A stretch of DNA of 63,925 bases, filler included, from Kipferlia bialata (Eukaryota): NCBI GenBank assembly GCA_003568945.1. It is 6 parts of 5 records of this genome, joined end to end, with 100 filler letters (N's around TTAATTAATTAA, not from the genome) between each part and the next. Parts side by side here need not be neighbours in the genome. Positions count along the whole stretch, not along the records: positions 15,755 to 29,677 come from BDIP01000402.1; positions 29,778 to 49,751 come from BDIP01000403.1; 4 more parts are not named here. One strand, 5' to 3'. Below are positions 25,401 through 37,661 of this stretch, one piece after another (position 1 is the first letter of the stretch; every line of letters begins with the position of its first letter). Both the position numbers and the translations under genes were made by a program. The notes under the pieces are model-generated. The model was given only the letters and a program-made list of their open reading frames with translations, did no database searches and was not told where the DNA came from.

Positions 25401-28400
25401 CATACGTAGTGGGTGCCGCCCGGGAGTTCTCTCTGGATCCCATTGACTCCTACAACAACGACATAGACGTTGTGGCTGGGGAGACCGGCTACTACGCCTG
25501 TCTCGTTGGAGACACCCCTGCCGTATGCACCACACCCCTGGTTGCAAACACCACCACTGGCAGACTCACTGTGTCTCTGGCTGCCCCTGGCAACACTGCT
25601 GGGGACTATGCATACACAGTGTACTCTTCGGCCACCACCACCACTGGACTCTTCTCCAAGACAGTCACCTTCACCCCTGGGCCCGTGTCCAACACACACT
25701 CCTACCTAGACAACACCACCTTCACCGCTGGAGCATCTGTGTCCATCACTCTTGCTGTCTGTGATGAGTATGATAACGGCATCCCAGGCAAGACAGTGAC
25801 CCTCGGATTTGGCTCGGCCTCTGCCGCTGCTAACCCCATGGGAGCGGGTTCCGGTACCGGTCTAGACTATGTCACAACCCCAGCAGTATCTGTCCCTCAG
25901 ACTGCTGGTGCCAACACAGTCTATGCTATTGTGTCTGGTGTCGAGTACAGCTTCAGCGTGACCATTAACCCTGGTCCAATCTCCAACACAGAGTCATCCA
26001 TATCCACCACATCTTTCACTGTCGGTGCCACTGTTCCCCTCACCCTGTCCCTCTGCGATCAGTACGGAAACGGCATCACTGGGAAGACTGTCGCTATTGG
26101 CTTTGGCTCTCAGTCTGCTGCCACTATCCCCATGTCTGCTGATTCTGGAGATGGTCTCGACTACAGTGTGGCCACTCTCAGTGTGCCCACGGTGGCTGCT
26201 GCCTCTTCTATCTACGCGGTGGTGGGCGGTGTGCCATACACCTTCGCCGTTACAATTGCCCCTGGCCCAATCTCCCTCGCCCACTCATCCCTGGACAAGA
26301 CCACCTTCACTGCTGGATCTTCTGTTTCCATTTCCCTTGCCGTCTGTGACCAGTATGGGAATGGTATTCCAGGCAAGACGGTGGCAATCGGGTTTGGTAC
26401 AGCTGCTGCCGCTACTAACCCAATGGGGCCTGGATCTGGGTCTGGTCTAGACTATGCAACCACATCAACAGTCAGTGTACCTCAGACTGCGGGTGCTACC
26501 TCTGTCTATGCTATTGTGTCTGGCGTTCAGTACAGCTTCAGCGTGACCATCAACCCTGGTCCAATCTCCAACACCGAGTCCTCTATATCCACAATCTCCT
26601 TCACTGCTGGCGCCTCCGTCCCTCTGACTCTTGGACTCCGCGACCAGTATGGTAATGGAGTGACCGGGAAGACAGTGGTCATTGGCTACGGATCCCAGGC
26701 GGCTGCCACTGTATCAATGTCAGCTGACTCTGGGTCTGGTCTCGACTACAGTGTGGCCTCTCTCAATGTTCCCACAGTTGCTGGTGCCTCGACAATCTAC
26801 GCGATGGTAGACGGCGTCCCTTACACCTTTGCCGTTACCATTGTACCTGGTCCAATCTCTAGCACCCAATCCCATCTATCCCAGACCACCTTCACCGCTG
26901 GTGACTATACGTCTCTGACACTTGCTGTCTGCGATCAGTATGGCAATGGTATCCCAGGAAAGACAGTGACCATCGGGTTTGGCCCGGCATCTACTGCCAC
27001 TCACCCAATGGGGCCTGGATCTGGCACCGGTCTAGACTATGTCACTCCGTCTTCACTATCGGTCCCCCAGACTGCGTGTTCTTCCATTGTGAGTGCTATT
27101 GTGTCCGGCGATCAGTACAGCTTCAACGTGACCATCAACCCTGGTCCCATCTCCAACCCCCACTCATCTATATCGTCCAGTACCTTCACTGCTGGATCAT
27201 CTGTGCCTCTCACTCTTGCCCTATGTGATCAGTACGGAAACGGTGTAACTGGACGGAGTGTTAAGATTGGATTTGGGTCTGCAACCGCTGCTACCCTTAC
27301 GATGAGCGCTGGCTCTGGCTCTGGTCTCGACTACAGTGTGTCTACCCTCAACGTACCCACTGTTGCTGGTTCCTCCACTGTATACACAATGGTGTCTGGA
27401 GTTCCATTCACTTTTGCTGTTACAATCATCCCTGGCCCAATCTCCAACTCGGCCTCTTCTCTTGCTGAGACCTCCTTCACTGCGGCTGAGTCTGTGTCTC
27501 TCACCCTTGCCCTCTGCGACGAGTACGGCAATGGCATATCAGGCAAGGCTGTCACCATTGGGTTTGAGTCTCAGGACGCTGCCACTCACTCTATGGGAGC
27601 TGGATCAGGCACAGGCCTAGACTACACGGTGTCTGGCGTCACTGTGCCGTCTACATCTGGGTCTTCCACTGTATATGCTGTGACAGATGGCACTGCCTAC
27701 ACGTTTGCGGTGACAATCACGGCTGCCGCTGCTTCCACTACTAGACCACGGAGGCGCAGATCCACTGTCTTTACTGCTACAACTGTCACCGTTGAGGTTG
27801 AGGATGATTATGGCAATGCTGTCTCTGGGGTATCAGGAGTCACTGGAGGTTTCTCTTCTGTAGACTCATCCTCCACTGGAGTCAAGACTGTGTATGATCC
27901 TTCCAGTCTCTATCCCATGACAGAGTCTCCTACCGAGCCTGGTGTGTACTCTATTACCCTCACGACACCCACAACGGCTGGGTCTGCTACATTCGTCATG
28001 GCCATCCCCGACAGTGCTCTCTCTCTCTCTCTGGACGGTCCTGATGCAACCAAGGCTGACGGTCTCATCTTCCTCACCTTCGATTACGAGCTGCTCCCTG
28101 GTGACATCTCCGCTACTTCCTCCAGTGTCGTCCTCTCCAACACCCTAGCAGGTGAAACTGCCTCGGTCTCCCTGACCCTTGTCGATCAGTTCAACAACGG
28201 CATCCCAGACGAGACTGTGGCACTTGGGTTCGGCACTGATGTGAGTGCGTATGTCCCTGCCACTGAGGATGCTCTCACCACCGGTCTCTACCTAGCCCCC
28301 TCAGTGTCTCTGCCAGAGAACGCTGACACACACACACTATACACTGTGGTAGGTACAGAGACCTTCAGCTTTGCTGTTGAGATCACCAGCAACACACCCG

Positions 28401-28882
28401 TTGCTCTTCTAGTCGTTAGCGGTGTGGTCCTTGTTGCCTTGGTTCTACTCGGTATCTGGTTCTTCTGCCTACGCGACAGAGATGAGGAGTCTGATAAGAA
28501 GGGCGACGAGGAGAGTCAGCTACACGTTCCTCTAGAGCAGGTCCCAATGGAAACAGCTGGTCTTGTGCAGGTAGTCCCCCTGATGCCTCTCATGCCTGTG
28601 GCCCCCATGCCTGTGGAGGGTGTGCAGCTCTCCCCCCCTGTTGGTGGCGCCTACAACCCCTACCTATTCACCCCTGCACCTCAGGTTGAGCCTCTACCTG
28701 TAGAGGGTGTAGAGGGTGCCGAGGTTGACTATGAGCCAGAGCCCCTCTCCCACCACATGTCTGCCGAGATGTTGCTCTCTGCCGCTACACACACTCCCCA
28801 GTGTGACCCCGAGGACATAGAGATCGAGGGGTCAGGGGACTTTAGGAACTCTGAGGGATCTAGTAGCTCTGCAATGGAGTGA
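16439..28882 (+). CDS. Giant (~3,823 aa) type I membrane protein: signal peptide, three FG-GAP beta-propeller/Ig-like super-modules, ~9 tandem Ig-like repeats, one TM helix, acidic/Pro-rich tail
   Basis: Exons 16439-16519, 16604-16679, 17041-17147, 17384-17497, 17593-17727, 17808-20241, 20299-23013, 23073-28882 total 11,472 nt and stay in frame. Leader MRRCILVVVLLLSVAFA; FG-GAP-like units (YGSAVAVYGDWMAVGAP, FGHAVSMWDGLLAVSS, FGQAISMHDGLLAVAAP, FFGSSISL); TM VALLVVSGVVLVALVLLGIWFFCL at ~28400-28471. Confidence 0.88.
25676..27720 (+). repeat. Seven tandem ~295-300-nt coding repeats (Ig-like, PGPIS...FTAG..V..TL..CDQYGNG..GK.V.IGFG)
   Basis: Units start PGPVSNTHS, PGPISNTES, PGPISLAHS, PGPISNTES, PGPISSTQS, PGPISNPHS and PGPISNSAS in the 23117-28882 ORF. 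Confidence 0.92.
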
Positions 28883-29677
28883 TGTTACGTCCAAGAGAAG
28901 TATGCTTGTTGTTACTCGGAAACGGGATATTTTTGTGGAGTTGTTGTTGAGCTTATCACACAGCTTCACTATGTAGTGTGAATATATGAATAGATTAACG
29001 ATTTGAGAGTTGCCAGAAGAGCCACTCATTCCATATGATTGCAAGATCTCTCAGCAATCTTACATGTTCCAAGTGCCTAGAGGGTGTAGAGCCTAAGGGG
29101 GACATGACTCAAACACATTTGACGCGTCATAGATCAGTGAGTATTCCCTGGTGGGTCATCCCTATAGCAGTCGGGAACTTGTAAACCATTCTTGTTCTTG
29201 TATATGATTAGAGACATGCACTGTATATCAAGAACGAAGGTATTCTTCGCCCCGAGGATTTCTTCGTGTTCGTTACGCTCAGTTTAGAAGGATCCACAGT
29301 CAACGTGATGGCAGCTCTTGCGGGTATCAATATCAGTTTCCTGCTAGCAAAGGTCTCCAATCTGTCCATCCACTCACATATACATACCACAACTAGTCAC
29401 ACTCATAGAAAGAGTCTTGTCCCGCAATGGTGCCTCGCAAGTGGTTTCTCAGCTGCAATGAGGTGTCTCGTCCTGACAACCTAAGAAATGCTTGTCTGAT
29501 GCTAGTCGGCCACAACACGGTTCTGGCACATGTATTGGGGGTCGGCGTAGTGAGGTATGTAGTGTCTATATGCGTATAGGATCATAGCTGACTCACTATG
29601 CACAAAGTGTACGTACCCAGAGTGTGGTCTCACCCAGGTACACTGTAGACCCCAGCACTGCTTCACTGTCTGTGCCA

Positions 29678-29777
29678 NNNNNNNNNNNNNNNNNNNNNNN
29701 NNNNNNNNNNNNNNNNNNNNNTTAATTAATTAANNNNNNNNNNNNNNNNNNNNNNNNNNNNNNNNNNNNNNNNNNNN
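29678..29777. other. Artificial contig-joining linker
   Basis: N44-TTAATTAATTAA-N44. Confidence 0.97.
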
Positions 29778-29861
29778 CGTGGGTGCTGCATATCTAGTAG
29801 ATCTTTCCGTACCCCCCCCCCCCCCCATTCTTACCTCTGGTCCCTGCCTCCCTCACCCCAG

Positions 29862-31652
29862 TTGAAGGACCCATCTCTGACACTGTTGCTGGTGACTGTG
29901 TTGTTCCCCCAGGTGACAGGTCCACCGACATCCAGGTATTACATACTATACCCCATGTCCGCTCTGGGCTCTCTCAATATGTATCCAGTTTGCGTGTGTC
30001 ACTCCAGCGATATCACCAGACAGACTCGGACTCTACAGTAGATCTAGACCTCTCTCTGCCTCTTGAAGATCTATATGACCGTTATGATTGAAGATGTTCT
30101 CTTGTACAGCGCACATACATATGTGCCACTTACATCTTCTCACCACTTCACCATAGCATGACCAATGACATTTGACCTTGAGACTCTCAAGTTGAGAGAG
30201 AGTGATCCGCCTCACGATCATCCCCATTCACTCCAACCCCAGGATGTCCCTTCCAACTCCCCTGCTCTTAAGGCTCTACTGAGTGAGAGAGACACATTGA
30301 GAGCAAAGGTAACATATACTCACTAGATGTTTGCACGACAAGGTGACAGACTGCCACTGGCAGTTACATTTCCATCTCACCTTGCCCACACTGCTAACAC
30401 TGCTAGGTAGGTCACGCTTTGTCCCATCTCTCTCCCAGTCTCTCTAAATATGAGTGCATGTGTCTCCCTCTCAGGTTGCTGTGTACGAGGCACAGGCCCA
30501 GGGCCACAATACCACCATCCAGGGGCAGGAGTTGACAGGGGTACAGGGCATGTTCAAGGTGAGTGTCGCTGTTCCCCACTCTCACTCCTTTCTCTCCCCC
30601 GCCCCCTGTATCTCAGCTCCAGAAGTCCGACACCCGTCTCTTCTATGTGTCCCTCTCCCAGCTGCTTGTTGCCATTGGGGTGCTACTGGTACTGGTAGTG
30701 ATTGTGGCATCACTAGTAGCAAGGTACAACAGTCTTTGCACTAGTGTAGGCTTACCTCCTAGAGTGTGAATAGCGACTTACGCAGCACACTGTGGATACG
30801 TCCCCACATCTACACCCTCCCCCCACCCCAGATGCCATGGATACGTCAAGAGAGAGAGCTGGATGCACCTGGACCTGCTAGAGACTGAGGGGGAGAGAGC
30901 CAGATACCAGTATCAGTATGAGAGAGAGAAGGCATCGTTTTTGGAGAGTGAGCGGGAGAGGGAGAATTGCCAATCTCTGTATGAACGAGACATGTCGTTG
31001 CTGGACGAAAGCGAGGTGGAGAGGGAGAGGTACCAGTCTCTGTATGAGAGAGACAGAGAGTTGTTGGTAGAAAGCGAGAGGGAGAGGGANNNNNNNNNNN
31101 NNNNNNNNNNNNNNNNNNNNNNNNNNNNNNNNNNNNNNNNNNNNNNNNNNNNNNNNNNNNNNNNNNNNNNNNNNNNNNNNNNNNNNAGAAAGCGAGGGGG
31201 AGAGGGAGAGGTACCAGTCTCTGTATGAGAGAGACGCAGCGTTGCTGGTAGAAAGCGAGGGGGAGAGGGAGAGGTACCAGTCTCTGCATGAGAAAGACAG
31301 AGAGTTGCTGGTAGAAAGCGAGAGGGTGAGGGAGAGGTACCAGTCTCTGTATGAGACCACTACGACTGAGTATAAGACGTACAAGGTAGAGGCACATGGG
31401 GCATATGCGGAGCTTAGTGCCGAGAACGACACCCTGGTTCGCCAGTCTACGAAGCTAAGGGGTACCCTAAGGGAGATTGAGGCACGACCCAAAGAACAGG
31501 CCCTCAAAGAGTGTCTCATGGAACGTAGTGTGGACAGCGACCGTTACTTCGCTCTCTATGAGGAAACTGTGGCTATGAGGGCTATCATGGAGGACCTGCG
31601 AGCCAAGGATCTGCCGCGTAAGTACTGGACCAAGTCCACTGTCGCCTACTAA
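29862..31652 (+). CDS. Coiled-coil protein, 3' part (5' truncated, internal N gap)
   Basis: Short exons behind CCCCAG acceptors (e.g. VAVYEAQAQGHNTTIQGQELTGVQGMFK) and a terminal exon with E/R-rich heptads ending KYWTKSTVAY*. Confidence 0.6.
30860..31356 (+). repeat. Coding tandem repeat, ~60-nt unit (ERERYQSLYERDRELLVESE)
   Basis: Repeated GGAGAGGTACCAGTCTCTGTATGAGAGAGAC...GTTGCTGGTAGAAAGCGAG; an N gap at ~31090-31186 lies inside the array. Confidence 0.85.
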
Positions 31653-31704
31653 TACATTGGTATAGTGAATTGATTAATAGCCGTGCAATATAGGACCGAA
31701 GTTA

Positions 31705-34700
31705 TGGATGGAAATTGTTGGAGAGAGTGAAGGTCTCAGCTGGAGGCTCACAGGGGATCCTCAAAAGATAATAGAGACCAAGGAATTGATTTTCTCAATC
31801 CAACACTTCCTCAGTATCCACATACGTGAAATGTATTTAGACTCTCGTTACACATTATCAAGTTGGCCTGAGTCCACCTGTTACCACTTTTGGTAGTTCC
31901 CAATCCACTTTCATCTCTTCGGACACAAAACTTCTCATATGCATACAGCCTATATAACACAGGAATTTTTCACAGTTTCTGCTCTTGTCGAGACTCTTGT
32001 CAAATTGATGTATAATGATGATAATTGTGGGGCAGCAGGCACATGGGTAGGTGACTGCTACTCAAGTGCGTTCTCTACTCCAGACGCATGTTCTTACTCT
32101 GGGATCTTGTGGGCCAAGCATGACCGGCGATGTCCTCTTCATTGGCATCAGTCGAAGAATGTGGTGTGTTGACAACCTTAGAACCACAACGTAACGTGGA
32201 TAGACGCACCGCCTCTCCGTTTGCCACTCTAACGTAGGTGTCCCTCTGCTAGGTCTCTCACTGGGAGTCCCAGTCGGCCCATCGCTGGTAGTTGTCAGCA
32301 GCCTGGGGTCACTGGTAGTTGTCAATATATTGAATGTGAATGTATTGATCTGATGAATACAATCACCAGCCTGGAGTCACTCTGACTGAGAACACCCGCA
32401 TACAGCGTCAACAACTAACCCGTCCATTCCCTATTCTCTCACCTGTCTCAGTAGAGTGTCCACCACCGTGTTGTCCAGAAGGAAGTTCTCATTCATCTGG
32501 TGCAGAGCGCCTGATGTGAATACGATAGACCACATCCTTCTCCTGTATGCCAACTCCACATTACTCTTACATACCGAGAAAGGGCGCTACTCTGTCCCGA
32601 AGAAACGCCGCTTGACACAGCCTTGTGGTCATGACTGGGTCCTGCTCGATACTCCTACGTGGCGGCACCAGCATACCAGCCTCTCGCTCTAGCGTGCCAC
32701 TACCGAACCCCTGTCTCATACAGGACTTGCCAAACCTCTTAGCCACCTGGCATAAGTACATGGTTAGAGAGTGAGAACGATGTCGGCACCATCCACACAA
32801 GAGGCGAGTAACACTGGGGCTCTAGGGTCAGTGTGTCATCTTACCTTCCAAGGTCTGGCTGCATTGGCTATCCTGGCGAATGTGGCTACTACATGCAACC
32901 GCAGTATCTGGAGCTGTGTATCACTGGCTCCTGGTGCTACAAGTGCCGCCGGACATGCACTGTAGGGATGAGAGGGGATAGAGACATTACAGTAGCAACC
33001 AAACTACAGAGAGGACAGCATGCGAGTCGGCTGAGGCGACTGATCCTACTTTCTTCTACCTCTCTCACCTTCTTCCCTCAGCGTCGGAGGCAGTTAGCAA
33101 GATGTCCTTTGGCAAGGTGGATCTCTGTGCCTTGTATCCAAGAGAGGTCAGGTTGTGCCGACTGGTGGCCAACATGATGTGTGCAACGAGGTTGGACGAC
33201 ATACTCGGCAGGACAGCCAGGATGCGGTGGTGATGGAGAAAGGACAGGGATAGCGAAAGCGCCTGGGTGAGATCCATCATGTAGTGAAAACTGACAACAT
33301 GCCCATTAGTACCTGCTTCAAGAGAGGCACGGTCCTTCCGTGCAGCACAGTCACAGGATGGCCAGTCTCGACTAGATAGTCTGTAGAAAGTCCTGGATGA
33401 GTAAAACACACCGGCACAGTTGTGACAACCTCAATTTTGTGCTCTACCTGGATGGTCGATGTCAAGACTGACCACTGAGATCAACAGTAGCAATCTAAGC
33501 AGAGGGTCCATAAGTCGTCTGCCGGCTGGGGTTGCCGCAGTGCCATGGGTCATGAGAATGGCCATCTGAGTCAGTCAAGTAAGGACTATCCGTTACAAGT
33601 ATGAGGAGGACCACATACGAGACCGACCTGCAATGCGTCAAGCACGTGGAGGTGGTTGTTGAATGGACATGATCGGGTGTTCTTGTCAACTGAGAGGAGG
33701 AATCCGGTCAGCGCCTGAGTTAGCGGAAGACAAATAACACTCAGCCGAGCATCAATAGAGGAATATTACAATAAAGCTACCTGTAGCGTGACACCCGTGT
33801 GATCTGACCAGCCGAAGGCGCTAAAGAGGTACATGAAGAGGAAGCCAAACCCAAACCCTCCCGTCATGCTGTTGAATGCATATGCATCAAAACCTGGGTC
33901 TCTCAGTGCTGAGTGGAAGGTGTTACGTCTATCAGGCTCTGCTAACAGTGTGTGAAGACGACGGATGAGCAGATCAACACACTGTAAGATGTGAGTAGGA
34001 GTGCATGTAAGTATATATTATTATTATTTCTATTAGAGATTTGAGTCACTGGTGTGAGATTCGCAGGTATTGGGAACACACACTTACCTGTCTACAACCA
34101 TATGTACACCTGTTCACTGATGCAAAGTGTGGGAGGAGGGGTCTCTTCCAGTCAGGAATGGTTGATCCATCTGGTAGGAATGTCTTCGCTAGGCTCAGAG
34201 CTTTAGAGTTACTTTCAGTGAAGGATTGGGGAGGTTCGTACTCCTTAAGAGGAACCATATGGCCACGTCGCATCTGAGCCCTGTGGGGAAATGAGAGCGA
34301 GTCCACACAATCATCTTCAGGTGTTCGTGGTTTAGTGGGTCTGCAATGAGACAAAAAGGAGTGGATGTATGATAGGTATTTGATTATGACATTGGTGACC
34401 AGACACCTTCCCTCTATGTAGTGTGCAGCCACGCTGTTGGCTGGGTCACACACACTATGGAACTCATTGTATCCACACACCAGCGTGGGAAGACCCGTTG
34501 AGTCACGCCTGAGAACAGAAGCACTGCCACTCAGATACACCAGAAGAGGGTTGTCCTAGAGTGAGCGCTAGGATGTCACTCTGTTCCGGTCAATCTGCCT
34601 TCACCGTTACCTCTTCTCTACCATCCCACCACTGTTCCCTAGTCCCTGTAATGGCAGGTCCCAGGTGGAAACGGAGCTCTATCCAGTACCTGACCGTGAG

Positions 34701-36819
34701 TGCAGTATAAACGGGGAACGGCCGCTGATTTGTATAGAGCCAACACTGTGAGAGACCTACATGCAGTGTGCCTACTGTAGTTACAAGACCTTCGATTTCC
34801 CATCAAAGCCGCTACTACCGACTGCTCCAGAAACGGCTTATCCTCCTGTAACACACGGTCGGAGAATGGCTTCGACGGATCGGTTGTTCCTAATGGGTTA
34901 GGTACCCATGGCGTACTGTGTCCAATCTCATCCAATCCTATACTACTAGAGGTGTACCTGTCAGAGGAGTGTCTATATCCTGGCCCCATGTAAGCCTAGC
35001 AAAGGCTCTATCCACTCTCGCCTCCCTCATCACAGGGTTCACTATCCAACAGCCACTGAGGGGCCAGGGCTTGTGGAATTGGAACTCAGCCAATAACTGC
35101 CAGAAGCGCTCCTGAAGTGAGACGTTACCCCATACCATGGCAGCTTAGGGTATATGGCTTATCATAGCCTGTTTACAACTGGCGGTAGGTGTAGTATCAG
35201 CGTCCGTACCATGGAGCACCGAGAGGTTGGCACTAATGGAGTGCTGCTGGATACGATGCCTGAAGCACCGGGTACCGCTGTCCTGGCCCCAAGGTCAGGC
35301 GTCATATCCTGGGATGACTCCCCAGTCTCACTGCTGGTGGAGACACTAGATATCCCGCCTAGGCCGACAATACCACACCCGTTACATGACAGCCGACGTA
35401 CGGCTATGGACACGGATTTCTGACTATAAGTACAAGGATGTGCAATTACTATCAAGCAAGGATATACGGTGCTGTAAAGTCCATTACCCGCTGGGTTTCA
35501 CAGCTCTTGGTCTGACGAGTGTCGGTGGGGGGAGAGGGATTGTGTTCAATGGGTGCACGACGTAAGAGAGCCATATCTCTGCGGTGAGACTTGTAGTTTG
35601 AGGCAACAGAGCATAGAATCACAAGGGTTCAGCATAGTCGGCAATTCACACCAGAACTCTAAGTCGGATCCATTGGATGACCTACACCTACCTGTACGAG
35701 TCCCATCCCTGGCTTATGTCGGTCTTCCATGTTATGCCCCCATCCCTGTCATTAATGGGAATTCTGATAATGCGTTGTGCATATGAATGTGTGGGACTCG
35801 AACTACAATGGACTCTGGTACTGTATCTCTCATAATCACATATCTGATACCTATACTTCTCTTCGTCAGAAAGACTGTCTGAGGTCTCTTCAAATTGACC
35901 CAACTCCAGCTCAGAACCTGAGGTCCCTAGTCCATTCCCTCTGTGAGTAGGACTTGCTCCGGTAGTAGTGCGAGAGTGAGTACATGGGACGGTACTACCG
36001 TCTAGGTAATGGGCTGCTACGGGAAGATCCTAGACGTTAGGTCATCTCATTATCTAGTGGACGAGTAAGAGGGTGGTAGACTTTAGTTAAGGTGTACATA
36101 TAGTGACCCATACCTCAACTGGAGTGTATAGATGCCTATGTACAACACTCCCAAGCAGGTGCTTCAGTCTGCCGTGGATAGGCCGGAAATCGTCGTCGTC
36201 AGACAGTGCATTGAGGACGTCTATGAGGTCATCGGCAGAAGTGGCAATGGCAAAGGTATCATGGGTCTCTGTGACGCCATTCCCACTATCAAGGATACTG
36301 GACGGGGCTGGAAAGTCATAGCATCTAGTTGTGAGGGAAACGTGAGAGAACATTATGTCTTATGATGTATAGCAACAGGGCCAAAACCCCAAGATCCATG
36401 TCTATCACAAGATGTGACTCACAAGAGGGCATTTACCTGGCTAGTACCCAATCCGCCATGCGTCGGTATCCAGGGAGTCGGTACCCTTCATAGACAGAGG
36501 TCAGAGACATTAATACCAGGAACAGTCCTGACATCCTAGGATGTGTAGGTCTATCTGACGTCATATGTCCTCCGAAGGTGGGAGAGAGTTTCCATCTGCC
36601 GAATCTGGTCCAGTTGTCGTTCTCAACTCCAGTGGCAATGTTAGAAGGAGCCCACACATACAAGGGAAGACTCAACAGTACAAATGGTCCCACACACAGG
36701 GTCATCACCGTCCATTCAGGCGTCAGTATGACAGTGTACGACAGCAGCAGAAAGATCAACAGACACAACGTGACTGCACACTTGTGACACTTGGGCAGAA
36801 CAGGAAGTCTATGTCTCAT
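31705..36819 (-). CDS. Large multi-exon hypothetical protein with N-terminal hydrophobic (TM) segments; boundaries approximate
   Basis: ATG 36819 ORF with two hydrophobic stretches, ending at a GT donor; successive minus-strand exons with splice signals (IATSADDLIDVLNALSDDDDFRP; DLPVAAHYLDG; SVAAHYIEGRC; VFYSSRTFYRLSSRDW). No family recognised. Confidence 0.45.
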
Positions 36820-37061
36820 GCCGTTATCAGTATGAATAGAGACACGGTCAGTGACGTTGATGAGTCAACGGCCGCATGGTCTCTTCTGAAGATAGATGCC
36901 CTCACAAGCATAGATCTCCACTACTTGGACCGTCTTTTCATTTTTTTCATTCATTTTCAATTTCATCAAGCAAAATTGTTGCATAGGGGTGTAGGAGACG
37001 TTGCTGCAACGGTTGCATATGACTGTGAGCGGCCACCTCTTGTTGTCCGCGACTGAGTGCG

Positions 37062-37584
37062 ATGCCGTCCCCCTCTGCCATTGAGATCGGTCAGATCCTG
37101 ATCACCGTGTTTGCCCTGGGCCCTCTGCAGGCCAACTGCTACCTGGTGGCAGACAAGGCCTCCAAGGAGGTGATATACTATACACTCAGTACTCTTGTAT
37201 CTATGTATGTACTATGTGTATGCCTAGTCCTACTTCAGGCCATGCTGGTGGATGTCGGCCACGAGTCCAAGGAGATGGTGCAGTACATCAAGGAGGTATG
37301 CGGTCATTGATCTGCCAATCTGTCATGTGATATGTGTCCTCCACACTGCCTTGTCATATCTATGCCGTGCCTCACCCCTTCAGCAGGGCTACATCCCCAA
37401 GGCCATTGTTGCCACCCACGCCCACTTTGACCACATCTTCGGCATGGGCTGGATGAGCCAGCAGCTCGACAACTGCCCCATCATCTGCCACAAGGAGGAC
37501 GCCTCCCTCTGGCCCCTCAACGGCCGCCTCTCCTCTATGTTTGGCATGCAGAGCCCCGCCCACTTCCCCAGCGAGCCCACAGAG
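37062..37584 (+). CDS. Metallo-beta-lactamase-fold hydrolase, YcbL/GloC (glyoxalase II-like); 3' part in gap
   Basis: Three exons splice to ...GPLQANCYLVADKASKEAMLVDVG...IVATHAHFDHIFG...IICHKED, containing the THxHxDH metal-binding motif. Confidence 0.88.
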
Positions 37585-37661
37585 TACGGTGGTTGATGAT
37601 GTACTTCCCCCCCCCCCCCCCCCCCCCCCCCCCCCACCCCCCCCCCCCCCCCCCCCCTCTC

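Noticed and set aside
28400..28882. Calling the giant protein a true integrin alpha
   Set aside because: No GFFKR juxtamembrane motif, no DxxxDG calcium loops in the blades, and three propellers rather than one.
29040..29677. Possible 3' exons of a minus-strand gene at a contig end
   Set aside because: Splice-like signals are present, but no consistent frame or recognisable product could be established.
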